From: Longimicrobiales bacterium
GTDB taxonomy: Bacteria > Gemmatimonadota > Gemmatimonadetes > Longimicrobiales > Gaopeijiaceae
Reading direction: 5' to 3'
Length of the DNA: 64,000 nucleotides
Assembly: GCA_965219445.1 (NCBI GenBank)
Contig: CBDCNQ010000004.1
Coordinates: 928,001 to 992,000 of the forward strand
Shown piece by piece: positions 10,054-19,570 of the stretch. A model generated the notes under the pieces. The model worked only from the letters and a program-made list of their open reading frames with translations, did no database searches and was not told the origin of the DNA. The first letter of the stretch is position 1. Every line of letters begins with the position of its first letter. The translations under genes and the position numbers were made by a program.

Positions 10054-10530
10054 ATGATACGCTCCCGATTGGTCATGTGGGCTTGCTGTGTGTCCGGCAC
10101 TCTGTTGCTCTGGGGCAACGCGGTATCGGGCCAGATAGTAGCGCCGGACGACGAAGGATTCTTCATCGCGCACCCCGAAGACCTCATGCCCGCCGAGGGC
10201 TCGCGGTCGGTGACGATTCTCGGCAATCCCCGGGAGCCCGGGCTCTACGTGGTCCGAATCACCTTCGGGCCGGGTCAGGGCAGCCGCCCCCACTTCCACA
10301 GTACAGCCCGGCATATCACGGTTCTGAAGGGCACGTGGTGGGTGTCCACCGGCGCCGCATCCGACGTCTACGATCCCGACAACAACATGAGGCCCGTCGA
10401 GGCTGGCACCTTCATCTACGAGCCGCCTAACGGCCATCACTACGACATGGCCAAGGATGAAGAGGTCACGGTCCAGATCATGGGATTCGGGCCCGTAGTG
10501 ACGACCCGGATCGAGACCGACGGCCCCTAG
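10054..10530 (+). CDS. Exported cupin-domain protein
   Basis: PHFH...ITVLKGTWW and PNGHHYD cupin motifs. Signal peptide and GAGGAGG RBS. Confidence 0.8.
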   Translation: MIRSRLVMWACCVSGTLLLWGNAVSGQIVAPDDEGFFIAHPEDLMPAEGSRSVTILGNPREPGLYVVRITFGPGQGSRPHFHSTARHITVLKGTWWVSTGAASDVYDPDNNMRPVEAGTFIYEPPNGHHYDMAKDEEVTVQIMGFGPVVTTRIETDGP

Positions 10531-10616
10531 AAGAAGGGCGTTGAGAAAAAGGTGTCGTGCTAGTCTGGACCCGACGCCGGAGTTAGGCTGAAGGCAATCC
10601 CACACGGAGTTGCCCT

Positions 10617-11622
10617 ATGACCCTGAAGACTACGTCGTCGCGATCGTCGGGCGCGCTGCTCCTCGCACCCATCGTGCTCTGCCTCACTGCCGCAGCGTGC
10701 CAGGTCCCCAACGCCCCGGCGCAGGCCACACCCGACCCGTCCGAGCCGTGGAACTGGTCGGAGGAGTACGTACGCTCCGTCGTGAACCAGGTCCGCGCGG
10801 GCCGCGACCTCAATCCGGAGTCGTGGCCGGGCGGGGCGCGGGTTGCGGTCCTGCTCTCCTTCGACGTGGACAACGAGACAGTCCAGGGGCTCCGCTCGGG
10901 AACGCCCAGCATCGGCCCACTGTCGCAGGGCGAATACGGGTCGCGCGTCGCGCTACCCCGCGTCGTGCGCCTGCTCGACAGCGAGAACGTCCCGGCGACC
11001 TTTTTCTTCCCGGCTTGGAGTCTCAAGCTCGCCCCTCAACAGGCCGATGTGATCAACGGGTCGGGGATGCACGAGATCGGGGTGCACGGATGGATCCACG
11101 AGCTGAATACTGCCCTCGACGGCCCGACGGAGGAGCGCCTACTCCGCCAGGCCCCTCGAGACGATCGAAGAGATCACGGGCGAGCGGCCGGTCGGCTACC
11201 GCGCCCCGTCGTGGAACCACAGCCCCAACACGCTCCAGATCGTGCGTGAGCTGGGCTTCCTCTATGAGAGCTCTCTCATGGCCGACGACCGTCCGTATGA
11301 ACTCATGCAGGCCGGCGAAGCGACCGGTGTCGTGGAGCTTCCGGTCGAATGGATTCTGGACGATGCGCCGCTCTTCAACCCACGTGGCAACAGCTACATG
11401 AATCCGCGTGACGTCATGCAGGTGTGGATCGACGAGTTCGACAAAGCGTGGGAAGAGGGCACGATGTTCTTGCTCACCATGCACCCGCACGTGAGCGGCC
11501 ACCGCTCACGGATTGTCGCGCTGGAGGGGCTGATCGACCACATGCAGGCAAAGGGAGACGTCTGGTTCGCCACGCACGAGGACGCGGCGCGGTATGTGAG
11601 GGAGCAGGCAGGCATGGACTGA
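10617..11622 (+). pseudogene. Polysaccharide deacetylase (PuuE/PgdA-like CE4) lipoprotein with a +1 frameshift near 11152
   Basis: SFDVD, HEIGVHGWIHE, GYRAPSW and LTMHPH. Removing one C from GCCCCTC (11151-11157) joins the frames as RQALETIEEITGERPVGYRAPS. Probably intact in vivo. Confidence 0.85.
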
Positions 11623-11765
11623 GGGTCGGGAAAACCCTGATCGATGATGACCGTAACACTAGTCAAACCCGCCGCGCGTCCTTACTTGTACTATTCCACA
11701 ACCAAACGCGACGGGGGGGGAAAGATGTGACCCGTCGGGAGTGTACATCGAGCTGACCGAGGGCT

Positions 11766-12623
11766 ATGACGAGTATTGAGCCCGGACGTGCTTTTCCGCT
11801 TCTCCTGATCCTTCTGCTTTCCTCGTGCGGTCGAGCGGAGCGTGAGCGGGAGGCGGCCGTTGAGGCTGCTCGAGCGGCCACCTTCGTCCAGATCGAATCT
11901 GCACTGTCGGAGACGATCCGGCTCGCGGACCGGCTCGCGGGCTCGGCCGACCGGATCCTGCGGCCACTCCCCGTCATGACGCCGGCCGAGGAGGACGCAC
12001 TGCGCCGATTCCTGAATGACCAGCATGTGGCTCGTGCTCGTGCGCTCGGCGTCCGCGCGGTCAACAGTGAGGCGACGGACTCGCTCGTTGCCACAGGAAG
12101 CCTCGTCCAGCTCGAGGACAGCACGCATCACTGGATCGTCAGGCGGGGTACTTCCCCCGCCTATGTCGTGCCCCACCTGCGCACCCTGCTCGAGGTACTG
12201 GGGGGGCGCTTCCAGGAGCGGCTGGCCGCGATAGGGCTTCCGCCCTACCGCTTCGAGGTCACCAGCGCCTCACGTACCTCCGAGCGTCAGGAACGACTGC
12301 GGCGATCCAACGCCAACGCGGCGGCCGGGGTGAGCTCGCACGAATTCGGCACGACCGTGGACCTCTCCTACGCGGCCTTCGCACCCCCCGCCGACCCGCC
12401 CGAAGAGATCCTCACGGATGTTCCAACGGAATTCACTCCGCATCTGGAGCGCATCGTAGACCTGGCGCTCGAATCGGTCTCGGCCCGCAAGTCGCGGGAG
12501 TTGGGGGCCATCTTCAGCCAGGTGCTCCGGGAGGCGCAAGCTGAAGGACTGGCGCTCGTGATCTACGAACGACAGCAGACGATCTATCACCTCACGGTCG
12601 CGCGTGCGCTGGCGGACCCATAG
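11766..12623 (+). CDS. DUF5715 family lipoprotein (peptidase M15-like fold)
   Basis: Lipobox-like LSSC. TSASRT...NANAAAGVSSHEFGTTVDLSY and C-terminal YHLTV. Confidence 0.75.
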   Translation: MTSIEPGRAFPLLLILLLSSCGRAEREREAAVEAARAATFVQIESALSETIRLADRLAGSADRILRPLPVMTPAEEDALRRFLNDQHVARARALGVRAVNSEATDSLVATGSLVQLEDSTHHWIVRRGTSPAYVVPHLRTLLEVLGGRFQERLAAIGLPPYRFEVTSASRTSERQERLRRSNANAAAGVSSHEFGTTVDLSYAAFAPPADPPEEILTDVPTEFTPHLERIVDLALESVSARKSRELGAIFSQVLREAQAEGLALVIYERQQTIYHLTVARALADP

Positions 12624-12643
12624 CGCGCCAGCCACAACGAGAC

Positions 12644-13576
12644 TTGATAAGGAGTCCCCTCATCATCGTGCCACCTCTCTTCTTGACGGTTGCTCTTGTT
12701 CTCGCGCCCAACCCTCAGGCCGATCCGCTTGGATTCATCATGTGGGACTCTTCGGAGCTGGAAGAGCGGAATTCAGCCCTCGGGACCAGGGTGGGGCCGG
12801 ATGATTCGGCCCGGGAGACTCTCGCCGACTACGTAACCCCGTCCGGATCGCATCGCTTCCGGTTCATTCGTCGAGATGGAGACGGAAGGCCGGAACAACA
12901 TGACGACATCAACGACGTCGTATACATACAGAGCGGGGAGGGGACCCTGCTGGTGGGTGGCGAAATGCTCGGCCGCACGGGCAACGTTGGCACGGCGATC
13001 AATGGTGGTTCGCGGTATCCTGTGGCTGCCGGCGACGTTCTCCGAATTCCGGCCGGGACTCCTCACGCCTATCTGGTGCCGGATGGCGGCCACGTTACGT
13101 ACGTGCTCGTGCGAGTCCCGGTATTCGTTGGCCAAGTAGGGGACGGGCCGGCACCTCAGCTGGACCCGCCAGGATTCGGCATGTGGCGGTCTTCGGAACT
13201 GGAAGAGCGGAATGCGGCCCTTGCGACCAGAGTGGGGCCGGATGATTCCGCACGTGAGACTCTTGCCGATTACGGTGAGGGGGGCGTGTCACATCGTTTT
13301 CGATTCATTCGTCGGGACGGGGACGGAAGGCCCGAGCTGCACGACAACATTATCGATGTCGTGTTTGTCCAAAGCGGCGAGGGGACCCTGCGGGTGGGCG
13401 GGGAGATGATCGGCCGGTCGAACGCTCCTGGATCCGCGATCAATGGTGGGTCGCGGTATCCTGTGGCCGCCGGCGACGTGCTCCACATTCCGGCCAGAAC
13501 GCCTCACGCATATCTGGTGCCGGATGGCGGGCACATTACCTACGTGCTCATACGCGTCCCGGCGCTCGACGGCTAG
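12644..13576 (+). CDS. Exported tandem (bi)cupin protein
   Basis: Signal peptide followed by two near-identical domains, each with PExHDxIxDVV...GDVLxIPAxTPH. Confidence 0.8.
   Translation: MIRSPLIIVPPLFLTVALVLAPNPQADPLGFIMWDSSELEERNSALGTRVGPDDSARETLADYVTPSGSHRFRFIRRDGDGRPEQHDDINDVVYIQSGEGTLLVGGEMLGRTGNVGTAINGGSRYPVAAGDVLRIPAGTPHAYLVPDGGHVTYVLVRVPVFVGQVGDGPAPQLDPPGFGMWRSSELEERNAALATRVGPDDSARETLADYGEGGVSHRFRFIRRDGDGRPELHDNIIDVVFVQSGEGTLRVGGEMIGRSNAPGSAINGGSRYPVAAGDVLHIPARTPHAYLVPDGGHITYVLIRVPALDG
12731..13561 (+). repeat. Intragenic tandem duplication, period 441 bp
   Basis: 12731-13120 aligns with 13172-13561 at a constant 441-bp offset at both ends, with long near-identical DNA runs. Confidence 0.9.
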
Positions 13577-13639
13577 AACTAGACTGCGATTGCCCTGAGC
13601 GTGGTGATCGCAAAGGGTTGGCCCAGCAGTGCGACGCCG

Positions 13640-15208
13640 TCAGGCGGGATCCGCTGCGTACGTTTGGTGGAAGCCGGTGATTGCCTGGTATGCCGCGGCC
13701 ACTGCGAACAAGCGCTCTTCTCCGAACGGTGGCGCGGCCATGACGACGCCGCGGGGCACGGTTTTCCCCGTGTCGGTGTCGGTATCGAAACCGATCGGCA
13801 TGCACATCAACGGAATTCCCGTGCCGTCGAATGCTCCAGTCGCGGTGGTCAGGACCACGTCACACTGGTTGAAGAGCTGCGTCAGCATCCTGCTCAGCAG
13901 CAGATTGCGTGCTTGTTGGACCTTCACGTACGTATCCGCGCTCTGTAGCATCCCGTTGAGGAAGCGAGGAAGCCGGTCGGCGAAGTTCCGAACGTCCTTT
14001 CGCAGGTGCTCGATGAAGAATGCCGTCGGGTCGCCATGCGACCCGCCCAGCGGCTCGCCCGTCAGCTCCTCCCATTGATCCGGGAGCGTCACGTCCGGCA
14101 CGATCTGCACCGAAGGATTCCGCTCGAGCTCGGTGATGAAGGCCCGACGCAGCTCGTTTACGCGCTCGTTGTCGTCCGACAGATACTCGGGCCAGACGCC
14201 TACGCGGGTGGGCCACCGAAGCCGGGGGCGATCCCCTCCGAAAGCCGTAGCGGCCAGTGCGTAGTTTGGCGCGGTGGGGAGTCCGAGACTCCTTGCGTCG
14301 CTGGGGTCGGGCTGAGCCAGGACTTGTAGGAGAATCGCTGTATCCTTCGCGTCGCGGGCCATGACCCCGACGTGATCCCGTGTGTAGCTCAGAGGGATTA
14401 CGCCGTGCAGGGAGATGCGTCCGAACGTAGGCTTGATGCAGGTCAGTCCCTGTGCGTTTCCAGGCCCCATCACCGAGCCGCCCGTCTCGGTGCCGAGGCC
14501 CGCGATCGCAAGCCTGGCTGCAACCGCCGTTGCGGGCCCCGAGGACGAGCCGCCAGGGCTGTAGCGCCCGTCATCCGGACTCCACGCGTTGCGTGTCGTG
14601 GGTGTCGTGGTGCCGTACACTCGGGCACGGCCTCCGGCCAGGTTCCCCATCTGCCCCTTGCCGACAATGAGAGCGCCTGCGGCCCGTATGAGCGCGACCG
14701 CGGTGGCGTCGTAGTCGGGTTGGAATCCTTCGAAGACGAGCGACCCTCCTTCAGTGAGCAGATCAGACGTATAGAAGTTGTCTTTCGGCACCAGGCACAT
14801 CCCCCTGAGTGGCGAGCTTTGCTCGTCGTCAGGCGTTCCGTCCAGCTGGGCCAGCAGGTCTTCCCGATCGGGTCGGTCCGCGTAGGCCTCGTAGATGCCG
14901 TCGAACGCCTCGATGCGGTCTACGTACGCGTTGACCAGATCCGTGGGCGCGAGGGTCCCGGCGCGCATCAGGCTCATCGACTCCGACATCGTGAGCGTCG
15001 TGAGATCACTGACAGACTGAAGACGCACGTCCGTCGCGAAAGCCTCCGCAGTCACAACGGGACCCTTGGAACTCGCCGAAGCGGGCACCCTCGAAGGAAG
15101 GGAACCCGTCGCAGCTGCCGAGGAGACCCACGCCATCCGATTGAGAAACCAGCGACGAGAAACCCTCTCGTCCTGGGGGATGTCCATCGCTGAAGTCGCG
15201 TCGCTCAT
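13640..15208 (-). CDS. Amidase-signature family enzyme with Tat signal
   Basis: Tat motif SRRWFL. Triad motifs PKDNF, PGGSSSG and GTETGGS. ATG 15208 overlaps the upstream stop (ATGA). Confidence 0.9.
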   Translation of the reverse strand: MSDATSAMDIPQDERVSRRWFLNRMAWVSSAAATGSLPSRVPASASSKGPVVTAEAFATDVRLQSVSDLTTLTMSESMSLMRAGTLAPTDLVNAYVDRIEAFDGIYEAYADRPDREDLLAQLDGTPDDEQSSPLRGMCLVPKDNFYTSDLLTEGGSLVFEGFQPDYDATAVALIRAAGALIVGKGQMGNLAGGRARVYGTTTPTTRNAWSPDDGRYSPGGSSSGPATAVAARLAIAGLGTETGGSVMGPGNAQGLTCIKPTFGRISLHGVIPLSYTRDHVGVMARDAKDTAILLQVLAQPDPSDARSLGLPTAPNYALAATAFGGDRPRLRWPTRVGVWPEYLSDDNERVNELRRAFITELERNPSVQIVPDVTLPDQWEELTGEPLGGSHGDPTAFFIEHLRKDVRNFADRLPRFLNGMLQSADTYVKVQQARNLLLSRMLTQLFNQCDVVLTTATGAFDGTGIPLMCMPIGFDTDTDTGKTVPRGVVMAAPPFGEERLFAVAAAYQAITGFHQTYAADPA

Positions 15209-15477
15209 CGTGATTCCTCCTCCGTCCACGCGGTGAACGGAGCGGGATGCGGCACCGGCAGGTGAAACTGCGGATCGATGTCGAAGTCGGCAGCCGTGAC
15301 GTCCTGACGAAGAATCGATCTGGCGTTTTCGAGAAGGCGCTCCTGATCCATCGGCGCGTCTTCATCGGACTCGGGCAATACGGAGATGTCGATCCCAAGA
15401 AGCGCATAGCGCGTGAGAATGTACGCGTTCAGCTCTTCGTCGGTCGGCGGATCCGGGCGGGCGGGAACTTGCGTCAT
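15205..15477 (-). CDS. Small acidic protein (90 aa) translationally coupled to the amidase; possible GatC/AtzG-like partner
   Basis: GGAGG RBS before ATG 15477 and an ATGA overlap with the amidase. The function is inference only. Confidence 0.65.
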   Translation of the reverse strand: MTQVPARPDPPTDEELNAYILTRYALLGIDISVLPESDEDAPMDQERLLENARSILRQDVTAADFDIDPQFHLPVPHPAPFTAWTEEESR

Positions 15478-15666
15478 GCGGGCCTCCGGTAAGTGGCCGC
15501 TAGCGGCTTCGGATGGCCACCGTAGACCGGGGGCGGGCCACCCGTCAAGGCAGCGCGTCTCAAGCGATTGGCCTCTTCGAGACCGTGAAGCGATCATACA
15601 GCGGAAGACTCACCTCGATTCTGAAAAGGATGCGGCATGTCGATACACAGCGGCAAGCGCTCGCGT

Positions 15667-16731
15667 ATGGTGAATGGGCTGATCCTCTTGGCGCTCCTGA
15701 CCGTGGCCTGCGCCGACCCATCGGACATTCCTCAATTTCGAGTGGACCCGTTCTGGGCAAGCGAGCTGCCGAACAACTGGATATTGGGACAGGTCTCCGG
15801 CGTGGCGGTCGACAACCGGGACCACGTCTGGATCGTCCACCGGCCGCGCACGCTCGACGCCCGACAACGCGGCGAGGAAGGGATGTGCTGCGTGCCGGCA
15901 CCGCCGGTGATCGAGCTCGACCCGGATGGAAACGTGGTGCGCTCGTGGGGCGGGCCAGGCGACGGCTTCGAGTGGCCTGAGAACGAGCACGGCATCCACC
16001 TCGATCATCAGGGCAACGTCTGGATCGGCGGCAATGGGGCGGGTGACGCCCACGTGCTCAAGTTCACGGCCGATGGCGAGTTCCTCCTGCAGATCGGTCG
16101 GGCCGGCCAGAGCGCGGGCAGCAACGACACGGAGAACCTGGGCCGGCCGGCCTCGATCGAAGTGGACCCGGCGGCGAGCGAAGTTTACATCGCCGACGGC
16201 TACGGCAATCGCCGTGCGATCGTGTTCGACTCCGAAACCGGAGAGTACAAGCGGCACTGGGGGGCGTACGGTGAGCGCCCGGCCGACACGGACCTACCAC
16301 CGTACGACCCGGAGGCTGAGCCGATCCGCCATTTCCGCAGCCCGGTGCACGGCGTGGCCATCGCGAACGACGGTCTAGTGTATGTGGCCGACCGGACGAA
16401 CAACCGCTTGCAGGTGTTCCAGAAGGATGGTCAGTTCGTGACCGAGGCGTTCGTGCGAACCGAGACGCTCGGCAGTGGCTCAGCGTCCGGCGTGACCCTC
16501 TCGGAGGATGGGGACCAACGATGGCTCTTCATTCCTGACGGGACCAACAACGTGGTGTGGATCATGAACCGGTCCTCGCTCGAAGTAGTGGATTACTTCG
16601 GACGGCTCGGTAAGAACGCCGGTCAGTTCTACCGACTGCACAACCTGGCGATCGACTCGCGAGGTAATCTCTACACCACCGAGGTCAACGTGGGACAGCG
16701 CCTGCAGAAGTTCGATCGGGTCGGAAGATGA
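15667..16731 (+). CDS. NHL-repeat lipoprotein, peptidyl-alpha-hydroxyglycine alpha-amidating lyase (PAL)-like
   Basis: Lipobox-like TVAC. Motifs EHGI, ADGYGNRR, VHGV, ADRTNNR and LHNL. Confidence 0.85.
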   Translation: MVNGLILLALLTVACADPSDIPQFRVDPFWASELPNNWILGQVSGVAVDNRDHVWIVHRPRTLDARQRGEEGMCCVPAPPVIELDPDGNVVRSWGGPGDGFEWPENEHGIHLDHQGNVWIGGNGAGDAHVLKFTADGEFLLQIGRAGQSAGSNDTENLGRPASIEVDPAASEVYIADGYGNRRAIVFDSETGEYKRHWGAYGERPADTDLPPYDPEAEPIRHFRSPVHGVAIANDGLVYVADRTNNRLQVFQKDGQFVTEAFVRTETLGSGSASGVTLSEDGDQRWLFIPDGTNNVVWIMNRSSLEVVDYFGRLGKNAGQFYRLHNLAIDSRGNLYTTEVNVGQRLQKFDRVGR

Positions 16732-16861
16732 CCGGAGCGGGCCAGAGCGAAGCCTGTCGGTTGGACCAGGGATGGCCCCTCAACATGAGTAATCGATATG
16801 TTCCGCTTCGAAGGGCCACAGAAGACCACTCACACACCACCCCCACGCGTGGAGGACCCGT

Positions 16862-18601
16862 ATGAAGCACGTTCGCTTGCTGCTTAGCGGTGCGGTTATT
16901 GCGTTTACCCTGGGAGTAGTCGGGACGGACGCACAAGTGAGTGATTTTCAGCCGGTTACCGACGAGGTGCTGCGTAATCCCTCTGACGCTGACTGGCTTC
17001 AGTGGCGACGCACCTACGATGGTTGGGCTTACAGCCCGCTCGACCAGATCGACCGCGAGAATGTGCGGAATCTGCAGTTGGTGTGGTCTAGAGCGCTGAA
17101 CGCTGGACAGGTAGAGCTCATCCCACTTGTGTACAATGGAGTCATGTACATTCCCCATCCTGGGAGTGTAATCGAGGCCGTCGACGCCACTACGGGTGAT
17201 CTGATTTGGCGATACCGCCGTGATACCTCCGAAGGCGCCGGCAGCGCCTCCGGTGTTCGGAACATCGCAATTTATGACGACAAGATTTTTTTCGCGGTGC
17301 CGGCCGGTGGCTTTCTGATCGCCCTAGATGCCCGAACGGGAGCGGTGGTTTGGGAAACTCAGATCGAGGCGTTGACTCGCCACACGTCCGGCCCGATCGT
17401 AGTTGGCGGCAACGTCCTCACCGGGCGGCGCTGTACTCCCGGCCCTGCCGGCGGTGTAGTAGGAGGCTGCTTCATTGCTGCTCACGATGCCGAAACCGGC
17501 GAAGAATTGTGGCGCAGGTTCACCATCGCCCGTCCAGGTGAGCCGGGTGGGAATAGCTGGGGTGGCCTTCCTCTCAATCGCCGGTGGCACGTATCGGTCT
17601 GGATGCCTGGTACCTTCGATCCGGAGCTCAACTTGGTATACTGGGGGACTGGGGTTCCCGGCCCGTATCCTGAAGTAGCGCGCGGCTCAGATGGTGGGGA
17701 TCTGCTGTATTCCAACTCTACGCTCGCCTTGAACCCGGAGACAGGTGAAATCGTCTGGTACTATCAGCATCTGCCCGGCGACGATATGGATATGGACCAC
17801 GTCCATGAGCGAATTCTAGTAGACATCTCTTTTGAGCCTTCGAATGCGCTCGAGTGGTACAACCCCGCCGCTGCCGGCGAGGAGCGCAAGGTGCTGTGGG
17901 CAGCTGGAAAAGCGGGCACCCAGTTCGTGCTCGATCGTGAAACCGGGGAGTTCCTGTGGGCACGACCGATGCTTCACCAGAACGTCATAGTGGACATCGA
18001 TGAGGCGGGTCGTGTCACAAAAAACGCGGGCCTTGTCCACAAGGACTTCGGTGACGTCTTGGTCGCTGGTCCCAGGGCTGGGAAAGACTGGTGGTATGGA
18101 ACCTATAGCCCACTGACTAACGCCGTTTATCAGCCGCTGCTCAACGCGTGGGTTGAGCAGACAAGTACCGTATGGGACGGGGCTGGTAGCGGCACGATAC
18201 GGAGAACCATCCCTTCACCCGATCAGTCAGGATTCGCCGGCATGGTCAAGGGGTACAACGTCGCGACGGGCGAGCTTTTGTGGGAATACAAACAAGCTGC
18301 GCCGTGGCTCGGTGGGCTGGTATCGACTGGCGGTGGCTTACTCTTCGGTGGTGACATCAATCGGAGATTCAGGGCGCTTGATCAAGAGACCGGAGAGGTG
18401 CTGTGGCAGTCCATCCTCAACAGCAGAATCACGGGCGGCGCGATCAGTTATGCGGTCGATGGCCGGCAATACGTTGCGGTGGCGGCGGGCGGCGGAAGTT
18501 CGAGCGCATACGAGACGTTCGGCATTACGCCCGAGCTGGATCTGGAGGCGCCTCGTGGCAGCAACACCATTTTCGTGTTTGCCTTGCCCGAGTCCGAATA
18601 G
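16862..18601 (+). CDS. PQQ-binding beta-propeller dehydrogenase
   Basis: Signal peptide. WLQWRRTYDGWAYSPLDQI, repeated ALDAxTGxxxW motifs and YAVDGRQYVAV. Confidence 0.9.
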   Translation: MKHVRLLLSGAVIAFTLGVVGTDAQVSDFQPVTDEVLRNPSDADWLQWRRTYDGWAYSPLDQIDRENVRNLQLVWSRALNAGQVELIPLVYNGVMYIPHPGSVIEAVDATTGDLIWRYRRDTSEGAGSASGVRNIAIYDDKIFFAVPAGGFLIALDARTGAVVWETQIEALTRHTSGPIVVGGNVLTGRRCTPGPAGGVVGGCFIAAHDAETGEELWRRFTIARPGEPGGNSWGGLPLNRRWHVSVWMPGTFDPELNLVYWGTGVPGPYPEVARGSDGGDLLYSNSTLALNPETGEIVWYYQHLPGDDMDMDHVHERILVDISFEPSNALEWYNPAAAGEERKVLWAAGKAGTQFVLDRETGEFLWARPMLHQNVIVDIDEAGRVTKNAGLVHKDFGDVLVAGPRAGKDWWYGTYSPLTNAVYQPLLNAWVEQTSTVWDGAGSGTIRRTIPSPDQSGFAGMVKGYNVATGELLWEYKQAAPWLGGLVSTGGGLLFGGDINRRFRALDQETGEVLWQSILNSRITGGAISYAVDGRQYVAVAAGGGSSSAYETFGITPELDLEAPRGSNTIFVFALPESE

Positions 18602-18612
18602 GAACGTCTGCT

Positions 18613-19566
18613 CTACGGGGTGACCGTAACGTTCACATAAGCGTTGGTCCAACAGCACTGGCTGCTAAAGCTCCCGTTGAGCACTTGCACGAGCAGGACG
18701 TAGTCGCCGGGTTGGTTGAATGTCACTTCCGTAGTCTGCTCCGTCGGATCCGGGCCCACCTGGAACCGGCTCCTCCGCGGTCGGAAGCTCGTCGTAGCCG
18801 CCGGTCCACTGAATTTACTCCACTTCAGTGACTGCTCGACAAGGACGCCCTCTTCATCCGGGTCCAAGTCATCGAACGCGACAGTGCCCTCGTCGGGGTC
18901 GGACACCGAGATCGTAAGCGATAGCGGGTTTCCCACCCGAGTCGTGAAAGGCCCGGCTGTCATCCCACCCTTGCCTCTCCCCTCCGACCCGAATGGCTCG
19001 ACGAATCGGACCACCGGCGCCGTAAGAACGCCGGCTACGCCAGCATCATTTTCGAAATCCATCAACGCCGCCCCGACGGAATTCACGAGGTTGTCCACCC
19101 TCCAGGGGCGAGACGTAATGTGGCCAGGGACCCTGAAGGTTTGACCATCAATTCGCAGATTCCACCAAACGCGCTCGCTCCCAATATCGCCTGGCACGTT
19201 CACGGCGAAAACGCAGTATTCCCGAACCATGCGGCCAGGACGAAGATCATCCCCGGGTCCCAGGGCGGGAAAGTGAGTCGGCTGAGCCCCCTGAAAGCGG
19301 GCCGGCTCGATGAAGTTGTTCTCACCTATCGGGATGTCGAGTGATTCTTCCCGATTCAGGTTGAAGAATCCGAAGCATAGATCGTACGTCCCGTTTTCGT
19401 TGGCGTACCATCCCTCGAACACGGGGATTACGGGCTGGCCGGACGCGCGCACAGTTCGTAGCTGCCAGTCCATTTGTGTTACCGGAGGCCGCGTCGCCAC
19501 CTGCGCATGCAAAGCTGGCGTGCCTGCCAGGAGAAGCCCAGCAATCAGAAATCCAGCCAGGGTCAA
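18613..19566 (-). CDS. Exported protein of unknown function with C-terminal PKD/Ig-like region; follows the Cu monooxygenase gene
   Basis: GQPVIPVFEGWY...LCFGFFNLN and C-terminal QCCWTN. The likely TTG start at 19566 is 4 bp after the upstream stop (ORF track start 19641). Confidence 0.7.
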   Translation of the reverse strand: MTLAGFLIAGLLLAGTPALHAQVATRPPVTQMDWQLRTVRASGQPVIPVFEGWYANENGTYDLCFGFFNLNREESLDIPIGENNFIEPARFQGAQPTHFPALGPGDDLRPGRMVREYCVFAVNVPGDIGSERVWWNLRIDGQTFRVPGHITSRPWRVDNLVNSVGAALMDFENDAGVAGVLTAPVVRFVEPFGSEGRGKGGMTAGPFTTRVGNPLSLTISVSDPDEGTVAFDDLDPDEEGVLVEQSLKWSKFSGPAATTSFRPRRSRFQVGPDPTEQTTEVTFNQPGDYVLLVQVLNGSFSSQCCWTNAYVNVTVTP

Positions 19567-19570
19567 CGCT

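Noticed and set aside
15497..15530. GGCCGCTA...ATGGCCACCGTA (GR, MATV) words resembling kinase subdomain I
   Set aside because: The spacing does not match the kinase, and short GC-rich matches are expected by chance.
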